A DNA stretch of 64,000 nucleotides. Source: Octopus sinensis (Eukaryota). A program made the position numbers and the translations under genes. The stretch spans positions 1-64,000 of the forward strand of contig NW_021832564.1 in NCBI RefSeq assembly GCF_006345805.1, read 5' to 3'. This document shows, piece after piece, positions 1 to 12,370 of this stretch. Within the stretch, counting starts at the first letter, position 1. Each line of letters begins with the position of its first letter. The notes under the pieces were generated by a model, which was not told the DNA's origin, did no database searches, and worked only from the letters and a program-made list of their open reading frames with translations.

Positions 1-146
1 AACGTCAGGAGCAATTCACGAATTCCAATTAAAACATTAAATTCAAGCGGGGAGCCAGACAAACGTTCTGAGAGCAGCGATATTGTATCAACTGGGCTTT
101 TTAATTCGTCCTTTGTCGTTGTGAACGCCTCGTAAAGTACTCAGCA

Positions 147-148
<2 letters not shown>

Positions 149-206
<58 letters not shown>
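149..206. repeat. (GT)n microsatellite
   Basis: Pure GT dinucleotide run. Confidence 0.95.
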
Positions 207-208
<2 letters not shown>

Positions 209-317
209 AGGGGAGGAGGGAGAACGACGAAAGAGTCTAGTGGAAGAAAGAGAGCGGATACAGTAGTAGGGAAAAGAAAGCAGGTTTATATAAGAGAGGA
301 AGAGAGGGAGAGAGAGA

Positions 318-353
<36 letters not shown>

Positions 354-424
354 CAGAAAAAGAGGCGCGTGAGAGGAGGAAATGTCGGAAATAAAGAGGA
401 GGAGGGGGAGGAGGAGGAGAGAAC

Positions 425-504
425 GGATGGAGGAGAGAACGGATGGAGGAGAGAACCGATGGAGGAGAGAACCGATGGAGGAGAGAACCGATGGAGGAGA
501 GAAC
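425..504. repeat. 16-bp minisatellite (SGATGGAGGAGAGAAC) x5 within a GA-rich tract (~230-660)
   Basis: Five tandem copies read directly. Confidence 0.9.
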
Positions 505-699
505 ATAAGAATGTGCAGGATAGCGAGGGTTGGAGAGAGGGAGGGGATTGTAGAGAAGGGGGAAATAAAGACTGAGAGGGAGGGAGAAAAAAGAGGAGGG
601 GAGGAGGAGGAGGGGAAGAGAAAGAGGAAGAGGAAGAGGAGACAGTGAAGGGGGCAGAGGTTAGTGATAGAGATATATAGGAAACGAGGGAGACAAAGT

Positions 700-1177
700 G
701 TGTGTATGTGCATGGATTTTTATGGTTATGCAGGTATGCATGTGTGTGTATGTATGCACGTTTGTATTATGTATGTGTGTGTGTATGTATGTATGTATGT
801 ATGCATGTTTGTATTATGTATGTGTGTGTGTATGTATGTATGTATGTGTGTGTATGTATGTATGTATGTATGCACGTTTGTATTATGTATGTGTGTGTGT
901 ATGTATGTATGTATGTATGCACGTTTGTATTATGTATGTGTGTGTGTATGTATGAATGTATGTATGTGTGTGTGTATGTATGTATGTATGTATGCACGTT
1001 TGTATTATGTATGTGTGTGTGTATGTATGAATGTATGTATGTGTGTGTGTATGTATGTATGTATGTATGCACGTTTGTATTATGTATGTGTGTGTGTATG
1101 TATGAATGTATGTATGTGTGTGTGTATGTATGTATGTATGTATGCACGTTTGTATTATGTATGTGTGTGTGTGCATG

Positions 1178-1208
<31 letters not shown>

Positions 1209-1500
1209 GTGTGTGTATCTATGTATGTATGTATGTGTGTATGTATGTATGTATGTATGTGTGTATGTGTATGTATGTGTATATATGTGTGTATGTATGT
1301 ATGTATTATGTATGTATATGTGTGTATGTATGTATTACGTATGTGCGTGTGTGTGTGTATATGTGTGTATATACGTTGTTTATGTATGTATATATGTATG
1401 TGTGTATGTATATACGTGTGTGTATCTATATATGTATATATGTATGTATATACGTGTATGTGCATGTGCGCGTGTGCGCCCGTGTGTGTGTGTGTGCGTG
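700..1500. repeat. Compound (TATG)/(TG) tract with a 75-bp higher-order period
   Basis: Marker GCACGTTTGTATTATG at 756, 872, 919, 994, 1069, 1144. Confidence 0.9.
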
Positions 1501-2005
1501 CGCATTAACAGCGAGCTCGAAGAGAATTTGGCAAAACAGATCCCAATTGTTCGGCAGGGTGAGGAGGCCCTCATAAAATTCGGCAGGGATGTGAGTTTGG
1601 TGGAAGTCGAGGGGTTGGGTAGATTGTTACGAGCCTTTCTTTGGCTCTCCGACACCGAGGCCGAGATGTCATGGGAATCTACCGAGCGAGCCCTTTATAA
1701 GTTGCTGTTTGAAACATTCTGCCCTTACTGTTGTCGGTTTAAAAGCTGATAGCGTTTGTGGTGATAATTCCAGTAATTCCATAAAAGGCAATGACAGAGA
1801 CACCACGTGATAGGGAACGATACTGCTTATATAATCTGAGTGTAATCACATTTCATAATGATTTGTATAGGTCTACGTTTGTAATAATCCCCTTCCCTCA
1901 GGCTGGGGCAGCCTGGGGGAATTAAGGGGATTAAGGGGATTAAGTCGATTACACCGATCCCAGCGCGTATCTAGTACTTATTTTATCGACCCCGAAAAGA
2001 ATAAA

Positions 2006-2350
2006 GGCAGAAATGTTAGCACGCCGGGCGAAATGCTTTGAGGTATTTCGTCTGCTGCTACGTTCTGAGTTCAAATTCCGCCGAGGTCGACTTTGCCTTT
2101 CTTCCTTTCGGGGTTGATTAAATAAGTACCAGTTACGCACTGGGGTCGATATAATCGACTTAATCCGTTTGTCTTGCTTTGTTTGTTCCCTCTGTGTGTA
2201 ACCCCTTGTGGGTAGTAAAGAAATAGGTACTTCGTCTGTCTTTAGGTTCTGAGTTCAAATTCCACCGAGGCCGCGACTTTGACTTTCATTCTTTGGGGAT
2301 TGATAAAATAAGTACCAGTTGAGTACTGGGGTCGATGTAATCAATTTAAC
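2006..2350 (+). mobile_element. SINE family B, dimer-like copy; preceded by an inverted B fragment (~1927-2008)
   Basis: Matches other B copies: GGCAGAAA..TTAG head, GAGTTCAAATTCC B-box, GACTTTGCCTTTC..GGGG..GAT..AAGTACCAG body. Confidence 0.85.
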
Positions 2351-2416
2351 AACTCCTGCGTATTAGTATAAAAACTGCATCCCTCCGCCAAGTCATGTCG
2401 AGCCAGTGTGGTAGAG

Positions 2417-2738
2417 TAGCCTTATCAAACCTGGCCCCACCATCAGACCATGGTTGGAGAGAGAGAGCGTGCTGAAGCTCTTGTTCAGCAGTGGACTGAT
2501 CATGGACAATCCATATCCAAATGATGTTGATGTTGATGATAGGAACTGTCCACGTGTGGCGGTGATTGAGAATAAGGAAACGAGGAGGGTTACGTATCAT
2601 AGCGGCGGTGGTTATTTGCAGGACAAGAAAGCTGGTCATTTTCAATGGGTGCTGACTGGTATATATGATGTTGAGGCTAAGTACATATATGATAATGAAA
2701 ATGAGTACGAATGGGATGATGAAGAAGACCACATGTAA
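2417..2738 (+). CDS. Candidate coding segment of unknown function (…DNPYPNDVDVDDRNCPRV…YEWDDEEDHM*)
   Basis: About 107 open codons of non-repetitive, protein-like composition with an acidic C-terminus; no homolog recognised; splice context weak. Confidence 0.25.
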
Positions 2739-3381
2739 AGGCCCCGGTCGAGTCAGCCTACGATCAAAAGCGTTCTATCCATGGCCACTCTGTTTTATTA
2801 GTACTGTATTGTGTACCGCATTATCAAATATGTCCTTCCCTATTTTGAAAATGTTAGGTTGGATTCGAGTCAAGTTTGGCGACAACTGTTTATGACTTTC
2901 TACCGATGATAATAACGATTAACCATAATCTTGAATATAGAAACTCTGAAAAATACCGGGGGGAGGGGGTTTCTAATCCTTTCGTCGGAAAAAAGGTAAT
3001 TCCCCCATGAGCCTTTGCAAGATCTTGGAGACTGGTGGTGGTGATGGCGGGTGCATCACCTTATCGAATACTTGCAACTGATAGCATTTTACTAAAAGTA
3101 TTCAAGGATCTAAGTGGTGGGAATAAACGAATTAAGTCTACCGCCTACACAGGCCATGGCGGGATTTAAACCCAGAGCGCAATGAGCCGCAAGGTATCGG
3201 GTGCGACATTCTTACAGTTTCAATAAAACAACCACTCTGGATTGATATAATTTTGATCGATCATAATTTGGACGATTTAGTGATTGGTCTCATCGATCAG
3301 CTATAATTAGTAATTGGTGTCTGATCGAATAAATATGATCGGTGATTAAACTCCCACCTTGACTGTTGTTGTTGTTGTAGT

Positions 3382-3417
<36 letters not shown>

Positions 3418-3651
3418 CGACGACAACGACTCTGATAATGTAGATGACACTATGTGATAATGTCGAAGTTCACCTTTATTCTCTTGGCAATTGCCATAAT
3501 GACGATGACCGGAATCACTATTAAATCAGTGACTTTGTTATAATGATGGTCAGTCATGACCGATTAAACTAATATTCAAAGACTTTCTATCCATGACCTC
3601 TCCATCAAAACTGTATCGAGTAGCATATTAACAAATGTTAACTTAGAAATA

Positions 3652-4945
3652 CAGGGTGCAGCAAAATGATCGGACATATTTGTTGGTTTGATAAAAGTGA
3701 AATAGAGTAAAGAAGGGAAAATGTTTTTATTTTCGAAATGTAGATAATAACGCCATTTTGTTTCGTTTCGTGTCATTTGTGATGTTTTGTTTCAATTCGT
3801 TTTCAGTTGCCAACTTGAATTGGACGGACGAGCATCGCACTTTCATTGTGGAAACGTTTATCAAGAACAACGAATCCATAACCGCAACCCGAAGAGCGTT
3901 CCGTGTGCCCTTCAGGCTTGGTAAACATGACCCCGTACCGACTCGAAATTCTGCAGCAGCAGAATTCGGCATTGAGGTCTGTACTTCTTCGAAGAAAACA
4001 ATGTTACAGTGACTGTGAACTCTGATCGATATTGTGTAAAGCTAGAGACTATTCTGAACCCCAAATTGAATAAACTTGACGATAAAGACAATGTTTGGTT
4101 TCCACAGGAAGGGGCAACAGCCCACACTTCTCGATGTGCGATGGAGATTTTGAGGGAGATGTTCCCCGGTCATTTGATCCCATTGCGCAGTGACATCGGT
4201 TAGCCCACCCGATCACCTGATTTGAACCCGTGCGATTTTTTTCTGTGGAGATACCTGAAATCAGAAGTATACACTCATCGCCCTCGATCTATTGAACAAT
4301 TAAAAGATGCCATTCAAGAAATTGCTGCCATTCCACACGAAATGACCCGTCGTGTTATGGACAACTTTCGTGAACGCCTTCAACAGTCTGTGGACAATAA
4401 AAGCACCCACTTGACTAATTTAACTTTTAAAACCGAACGAAACAAAATGGCATAATATATAGATTTCGAAAATAAAAACACATTTTTGTTCTTTACTCTA
4501 TTTCGCTTTTCGGAGGCGCAATGGCCCAGTGGTTAGGGCAGCGGACTCGCGGTCATAGGATCGCGGTTTCGATTCCCAGACCGGGCGTTGTGAGTGTTTA
4601 TTGAGCGAAAACACCTAAAGCTCCACGAGGCTCCGGCAGGGGATGGTGGTGATCCCTGCTGTACTCTTTCACCACAACTTCCTCTCTTACTTCCTGTTTC
4701 TGTTGTACATGTATTTCAAAGGGCCGGCCTTGTCACTCTCTGTGTCAAGCTGAATATCCCCGAGAACTACGTTAAGGTTACACGTGTCTGTGGAGTGCTC
4801 AGCCACTTACACGTTAATTTTACGAGCAGGCTGTTCCGTTGATTCGGATCAACCGGAACCCTCGTCGTCGTAACCGACGGAGTGCTTCCATCCATTTCGC
4901 TTTTATCAAACCAACAAATATGTCCGATCATTTTGCCGCACCTTG
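3652..4945 (+). mobile_element. Internally deleted Tc1/mariner-superfamily DD41D (rosa-like) transposon with ~120-bp TIRs and TA TSD
   Basis: TA|CAGGGTG…CACCTTG|TA. Left TIR 3652-3770 matches right TIR 4434-4510 plus 4894-4945. Transposase relics WTDEHRTFIVETF, YFFEE..VTVNSDRY, QEGATAH…SPDLNPCDFFLW, with 41 aa between the 2nd and 3rd catalytic positions. Confidence 0.9.
4511..4893 (+). mobile_element. SINE family A (tRNA-Arg-like head), full length, inserted in the transposon TIR
   Basis: A-box TGGCCCAGTGG, B-box GGTTTCGATTCC; 11-bp TSD ATTTCGCTTTT at 4500-4510 and 4894-4904. Confidence 0.95.
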
Positions 4946-5099
4946 TATCACCAAATGTTAGCCAGAAAATTAAGGTTAGATTTTATGAAAATTTAGTCGC
5001 TATTTCTAGCAGGTCGAGTGTTTATATTGTGTCCTCTTCTTTGACCCGTTTTATTGAATATCTTGTTTAACCCTGTTTTCACCCTTGATGGAGGGTTCG

Positions 5100-5320
5100 T
5101 CCTTTGTGCGTGTATCTGTATTTGTCTCCCACCACACCTTGACGACCGCTGTTAGTGAGTTTACACCCATGTAACATAGCGGTTCGGCAAAAAGTACCCT
5201 TAGAATAAGTACCTGGATTTTAAAAAAATAAATGCTGGGGTCGATTCTTTCGACTAAAATTCTTCAAGGCGGTGCCCCAGCATGGCCACATTCTAATCAC
5301 TAAATTAAATAAAAGATAAA
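5100..5320 (+). mobile_element. SINE family C, diverged 3' half
   Basis: AGCGGTTCGGCAAAA…GGGGTCGATT…GGCGGTGCCCCAGCATGGCC shared with full C copies. Confidence 0.75.
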
Positions 5321-5547
5321 AATGAATATAAAAATGATATATAAAAAATGTTTGTGGTGCACCGACTGAACTCTCCACGGTTAATGATTGATGCTTTGTT
5401 GTTTTTGCTGTTGCTGTTGTTTATTTTATTTTTATTTATTTATTTATTTATTTATTTATTTTTGCAAATTGGGGAAGTTAAAATAAAACAAAAATGCCAA
5501 TGTGTAATTCATTTGACTATTTTCTGTGTCAGACCGCCCTGATATAG

Positions 5548-5613
5548 CACACACACACACGCGCGCACGCACACACACACACACACACACACACGCGCAC
5601 ACACACACACACG

Positions 5614-5646
<33 letters not shown>

Positions 5647-5677
5647 ACACACACGCACACGCACACACACACACACA

Positions 5678-5715
<38 letters not shown>
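5548..5715. repeat. (CA)/(CG) microsatellite
   Basis: Read directly. Confidence 0.95.
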
Positions 5716-5723
<8 letters not shown>

Positions 5724-6966
5724 AACAGACCTACGCAGGCACACACACACACGTTTGTATAAACTTATACACTCATACGCACACCCTTACACACACACAC
5801 ATATATATATGTAATGACATACGCATATAAAGAGAGAAAACACACTCACATATGCATATACCCACACAGACACACATATATCGTTCTAAAATGATGATGA
5901 AATATTAATGAATCTGCTGTTGTTACGCAGACGACTTCATAAAGAGTCGCTTGTATTGAGATTTACTTCGATACCATCAGCATCCTTCTAACGATAAGGA
6001 TTCAAACACACGCACACACACACACACACACACACATACGCACACACATCTATAAGCAGAGAGAGAGAGAGAGAAGAAGTAATTAAATTTATAAGGAAAG
6101 ACAATTTAATATAAAAAATCTGTTAAGGCGTTTGACACTTCTCGTTTGCCATGTTTCTTAACATTCTAAAAAAAAATTTTGTCAAAATACAGTGTCTGTC
6201 TTCTGCGTTCGCTTCTTAGAGCAGGGATCCTCAACTCCTTTCTCTAATGGCCCATTGTTGGTTTTCTTTCTTTTCTGTTTTTCTTCCTTACGTGTCCCAC
6301 ATTCAAATTCTGTCGTCTGTTAACTATATCTCTCCCCAACACCACCGTCATTCGCATCACTCTTAATGTTTATGTAATCAAAACTTCGACAAATCGCGGT
6401 ACAAAAGAGTCTTTTCTATCTAAAAGCCATCAACTATTCAACTGGCCATAAATGCATTAGTTTTTTAAAACGTATAAGTAAAAGACTCTAAACTCACGTA
6501 CAATATTTCAGTGATACACTTAAGGATCGCTGCCCTCTTAGTGGTGACCCTTGTGTTAGAAGAAAGCCTTGGGGATATTTAACAGAATTTGTTGTTAACA
6601 AGAGTGAGGCATAAATGAATACAGGTCATAATAGCTTGATCATGGTATAATAGATTATATTTGACGCCAATGTATGACTGGTATTTCTTTTATCGGCCCC
6701 GAAAAATAAAAGGCAAATTTGATTTGGTTACACCAGCCAACGACAGATCCTCCATGCAGTCTGAAATAGCAGTCAACCTTCATCAAAGCACATTTCACTG
6801 CCTTAGAAAAGAGACGGACATGTTTTTGATACTGATACCCTTTAAAAAAGACAGAAAGGACACCATTGGAATATTATTGATTATAAGTGTCATCGATCAG
6901 GATCGAATTGATCAGCAATCGATCAGCAATCGTTGCTGCAATGACAGCTACAACAACAGTCACGGT

Positions 6967-7160
6967 GGAGGCGTAATGGCCCAGTTGTTAGGGCAGTGGA
7001 CTCGCGGTCGTAAGAACGCGGTTTCGATTCCCAGACCGGGCATTGTGAGTGTTTATTGAGCAAAAACACCTAAGCTCCACGATGCGCCAGTGGTGGCGGG
7101 GGGTGAACCCCGCTGTATTCTTTCACCACGACTTTCTCTCACTCTTTCTTCCTACTTCTG
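6967..7160 (+). mobile_element. Older SINE with family-A head and middle, lacking the A tail
   Basis: GGAGGCGTAATGGCCCAG…CTTTCTCTCACTCT, then diverges. Confidence 0.8.
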
Positions 7161-7520
7161 CTGCAAAGCAGAGGGACATTGGTGTAACCCACTATGGTGT
7201 GATAAACTTTCAGACCCTAGTCTAGATTGCAAATCCTCTGTACCCCAGGATGGCTCAGCTCTCTACCTGTTAAAAGCCACCGCGTACGGAATGAGGATAA
7301 CAACGTAGCTTTCGCGCCCGTGCAACCGCCAGTCTATCGCGTATAGTGAGTGGATCTTCAAGTTGCCACACACATTCTTAGTAGCTTAGAGTAGGCTCGA
7401 ATTAGAGATTATTCTTTGTGGCTAATGGCGTGAGTCTTGATTGGAAGAACAACAAAAGTCACGGCAAAAGCGACAATGTCGCAGCTCAGTATCTTTGATA
7501 ATTATATAAATTAGACATTT

Positions 7521-7913
7521 GGAGGCGCAATGGCCCAGTGGTTAGGGCAGCGGACTCGCGGTCATAGGATCGCGGTTTCGATTCCCAGACCGGGCGTTGT
7601 GAGTGTTTATTGAGCGAAAACACCTAAAACAGCTCCACGAGGCTCCGGCAGGGGATGGTGGTGATCCCTGCTGTACTCTTTCACCACAACTTTCTCTCAC
7701 TCTTACTTCCTGTTTCTGTTGTACCTGTATTTCAAAGGGCCGGCCTTGTCACTCTCTGTGTCATGCTGAATATCCCCGAGAACTACGTTAAGGGTACACG
7801 TGTCTGTGGAGTGCTCAGCCACTTACACGTTAATTTCTCGAGCAGGCTGTTCCGTTGATTCGGATCAACCGGAACCCTCGTCGTCGTAACCGACGGAGTG
7901 CTCTCTAAAAAAA
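7521..7913 (+). mobile_element. SINE family A, full length
   Basis: 13-bp TSD AAATTAGACATTT at 7508-7520 and 7914-7926; short A tail. Confidence 0.95.
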
Positions 7914-8089
7914 AAATTAGACATTTAAACATTGAGGAGGGATTATTGTTTAGAAGATGGATAATTTAGAAGGGTTGTACAAATGTATTGTGTGCAGTAT
8001 GGTTAGCCAGTCACTAAAAGAAACAAGATAAACTCCACATTAGTCTAGACTCTGGTCCTGTTTCGATTCGCGGTTCAATTTCTTTATCT

Positions 8090-8470
8090 AATATTAGTCA
8101 GCGGGGAGAGGGACAGAAACCATTAGCTTTGAAGGTCGCCCGAGGCAGATAATATTAAAAGGATTGCATCTCGGAATTTCTAGGTAAGTGTATGGAGGTG
8201 AAATGTTATCCGGAAATGAATTGCAGAGGATCGCTGTTGTGGGGAGGAAGGATTGGATGTTGTGTGTAGTGCGATGTGGGGCTTGTAAGACTGGCGGGGC
8301 GAAGAAAGACAGAATCATTTGAAGGGGTAAGATGGCTGTGTCTGAGTGGTGAGGGTGTACAGTTTGTTCAGAGGATCAGAGGCCATTGTAGAAGTAAAAC
8401 AAGAGAGAGGCATAAGAAGCAGCGCCATCTGTGGTCGAAGTCTGTTGCTGATTGAATTTTAACCAAGCAT
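8090..8470 (-). mobile_element. Degraded CR1/L2/Jockey-type LINE ORF2 C-terminal fragment
   Basis: Translations ASLLFYFYNGL*SSE and QSFLPTTAILCNSFP resemble the SLxLFYRYxxGxCSxE and SFxPRTxxLWNxLP motifs. Confidence 0.6.
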
Positions 8471-8589
8471 TCCAATATCGAGGATCGATATTCAGGTATG
8501 GGCGCCTGTTGACCCTTGTTGTGGATTAACAACTGGTTAGCCCACATCCGTAAGGAGCATAGGACCAATTCTCCAGTGTCTCTGGTATC

Positions 8590-8782
8590 TGTATTCCCCC
8601 CTGGATGGGACGCCAGTCCGTCGAAGGTTTGCTCCTTTTCACTAGCTGAGTGGAGTGAACTGAAGCAACGGGAAATGAAGTATTTTGCTCAAGAACACAA
8701 CACATCGCCTTGTGCCGAAATCGAAACTACAGCCTTGCGAGCATGAGTCCTACACCCTAACCACTAAGCCATGCGGCTTCAC
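8590..8782 (-). mobile_element. Old CORE-type SINE (family D-like)
   Basis: tRNA-like head (revcomp of CCCTAACCACTAAGCCATG) plus TTGAGCAAAATACTTCATTTC..GTTGCTTCAGTTCACTCCACTCAGC core-like segment. Confidence 0.65.
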
Positions 8783-9164
8783 GAATTAAAGAATTCCTGG
8801 GTTCCAAAGAAGAAACCATACTTTTAGTGATTCAGTTTGAGAAATATTATGCGGTGTCGCCATAATATTGTTTGGAGACGTATGAAAGTCACCACATCCA
8901 ATTCTCTTGTCCTCAAAATTATAGGGTTTCATGCTGAGCCATAAGGAAGTGTTCTAAGTCAAGTTACCACCACAACCATAGTATTTTTCTGCCTTTAACA
9001 GAAGAAGCTCCACGTCGTCCCTCGACATTCAAGGGACATGATCGACGTAGTTTGCTCGAATCACTTCACTCTTGAAAAACGAAAGACACATTGGATAAGG
9101 AGCAGATGAGTATACTAAGGCTCAAAAGGGGCCTATTTTACACAAGCGCCTTGGGTATGTGTGT

Positions 9165-9366
9165 GTGTGTGTGCGTGTCTATGTTTGTCCCCATTCTACC
9201 ACCAGACAACCGGTGTTGGCGTGTTTACGTTTTCGTAACTTTGCGATTCGGATAAAACGACCGATAGAATAAAAGTACAAGGCTTTTAAAAAAAAGCCGA
9301 TTCGTTCGACTAAAATTCAAGACGGTGCTCCAGCTGGCCGTACTCTAATGACTGAAAGAAGTAAAA

Positions 9367-9368
<2 letters not shown>
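9165..9368 (+). mobile_element. SINE family C, diverged 3' half
   Basis: GTTTGTCCCC…CCGATAGAATAA…GGTGCTCCAGC…ATGACTGAAA. Confidence 0.7.
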
Positions 9369-9369
<1 letters not shown>

Positions 9370-9405
<36 letters not shown>

Positions 9406-9597
9406 TTACAAGGACGTTTATCTATACACACACAAACACACACACACACACACAAATATATATATATATACATACATATGTTTATATATATACCTATATA
9501 TATATATATATTATATATTATATATACCAATATATTTATATATAATATATATATGTATATTTATATATATACACCTATATATATATATATATACACC

Positions 9598-9657
<60 letters not shown>

Positions 9658-9661
9658 CCTA

Positions 9662-9700
<39 letters not shown>

Positions 9701-9708
9701 TATATCCG
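9370..9708. repeat. (TA)-rich compound microsatellite
   Basis: Read directly. Confidence 0.95.
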
Positions 9709-9981
9709 GCACCCTTCGGACGTGGCCACTTAGTAAAACCAATGATTGACCAGAGCTGACAATGTGGGACCTAAGCTGCTATTCATTACAAATTGTCATA
9801 TGAAATAAATGAATGAATGAGGATAATTACTGCGAGATCGATATAATGGAATATTCCTTTCACCTTCCTAAAAATGTTTAGCTTTGTACTTATATCAGAA
9901 ATCAATATGTTATGTCTCTATCGATCTCTATGTGTGTAGTTATGACTATGAATTGATGTTTTCGGAACTTATCTTTTTCTC

Positions 9982-10027
<46 letters not shown>

Positions 10028-10086
10028 CCAAACCCACCAACCCACCACCACCACCACCACCCACACACATATATATATAGATATAT

Positions 10087-10306
10087 TCTTTTATTCTTTT
10101 ACTTTTTCAGTTATTAGACTGCGGCCATGCTGTAGCACTGCCTTGAAGGCTTTTAGCCGAATGAATCGACTCCAGGACCTTTTCTTTGTAAGCCTAGTAC
10201 TTATTCTATCGGTTTCTTTGTCGAACCGCTGGGTTACGAGAACGTAAAAGCACACCAACATCGGTTGCCAAGTGATGGTGGGAGGACAAACACAGACACA
10301 CAAATG

Positions 10307-10341
<35 letters not shown>

Positions 10342-10519
10342 TATATATATAATATATATAATAATATACAAATTGAGATAGGGGTTGTAAATGCAACCCT
10401 CCATGGGATAACATATATCCAATATACTGCTGGTGGTTTAATAAAGTATGTGATTGGGTATTATCTGGTAATTGATATTTGATTTAGATATATGTCTCCA
10501 TTTTCTTATTTTGTATATA

Positions 10520-10588
<69 letters not shown>

Positions 10589-10822
10589 AGAGAGAGAGAG
10601 ACGGGCTTCTTTCAGTTACCGTCTACCAAATCCACTCACAAGACTTTGGTCGGCCCGAAGCTATAGTAGAAGACACTTGCCCAACGTGCCGCAGATAGAT
10701 AGATACATAGACAGATAGACAGACAGGCAAACAGACAGACAGACAGACAGACCGACAGACAAATAGATAAATACATACATACATACATACATACATACAT
10801 ACATACATACATACATACATAC

Positions 10823-10897
<75 letters not shown>

Positions 10898-11058
10898 CAC
10901 GACGGTCTTCTCTCATTTTCCGTCTGCTTAATCCACTCACAAAGCCCTGGTCAATCGAGGCTATAGTAGAAGGCACTTTCCCAAGGTGCCACGCAATGGA
11001 GTTGAACCCGGAGCCGTGTGGTTGGAAAGCAAGCTTCTTCCCACAGAGCAACGCAATC
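10087..11058 (-). mobile_element. SINE family C pieces (3' half 10087-10305; 5' halves 10601-10693 and 10898-11058) separated by TA, GA and GATA tracts
   Basis: Each block matches full C copies. Confidence 0.8.
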
Positions 11059-11474
11059 CCTCCACTACTCTATCTATTTCGTTGCTATTATGCAAAAGTG
11101 ACGTAAGTCCAAAACGTTGTTGCTTTTTTTTTCTCAGAAAACGAAAAAATAGTTTCACCATTCCATAGCAAAACCATTGTACTACACTTTGACAATTGTT
11201 GATATCTTTGCATCTAAAGCAGCTGGAGATACGATAGTTTGACCAAAGGAACCGGCTATTGCTAGTAAAAATAAGCATTGAAAAAAACGTATTTAGCCAA
11301 ATTTGGACATACAACAGTTTAACAGAATAGCAACGATTTATGTTTCACGCTTATAACCATCTCTCTAACAAACAGTCCATCGACATTCCACATGAATTCT
11401 TCCCTATCAATTTTTCACGAAAACTCTTTACATGTCTGTCTGTTTTTTCAATCTGGAAACCAAATTAGTTTCTT

Positions 11475-11477
<3 letters not shown>

Positions 11478-11528
<51 letters not shown>

Positions 11529-11533
11529 GTCTG

Positions 11534-11576
<43 letters not shown>

Positions 11577-11741
11577 GTCTATCTACCTGTCTGTCAGATA
11601 GAGTCTATCTAAACATCTGTCTATCCAGTCATCTGCCTATCTCTCTATCTATCTTTATCTATTTATATAGCTCTACCAAGCTATTTATCTAATTACCAGT
11701 CTATGTATGTATGTATGTATGTATGTATGTATGTATGTATG

Positions 11742-11798
<57 letters not shown>

Positions 11799-11854
11799 GT
11801 CTGTCTGTACTTATATATCTCTTGCTAACTGGCTAGCTCTGCCTGCCTTTCTGC

Positions 11855-11918
<64 letters not shown>

Positions 11919-12047
11919 TTGTCTGTCTGCCTGTCTGCCTGTCTGCCTGTCTGCCTGTCTGCCTGTCTGCATGTCTGCCTGTCTGTCTATGTCTGTCTCT
12001 GCGTCTGTCTGTATCTATCTATCACTTTCTAGCTAGCTAGCTCTGCG

Positions 12048-12090
<43 letters not shown>

Positions 12091-12272
12091 TTGTCTGTCT
12101 GTCTGTCTATCTATCTGTCTATCTATCTATCTATTTATTTGTCTATCTGTCTGTCTGTCTGTCTGTCAGTCAGTCTGCTGTCTCTGTGTCTGTATCTATC
12201 TGTCTCTTGCTAGCTCTATCTATTTATCTGTCTGCCTATCTATATATCTATTTGTCTATCTGCTTATCTATC

Positions 12273-12339
<67 letters not shown>

Positions 12340-12370
12340 GTGTGTGTATGTATGTATTTATCTATCTGTC
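11478..12370. repeat. (TATC)/(TGTC)/(TATG) compound tetranucleotide tract
   Basis: Read directly. Confidence 0.95.

Noticed and set aside
4512-4590. tRNA gene-like sequence (and the equivalent heads of other SINE copies)
   Set aside because: A/B boxes are present but there is no acceptor-stem pairing, and each continues into a SINE body with TSDs.
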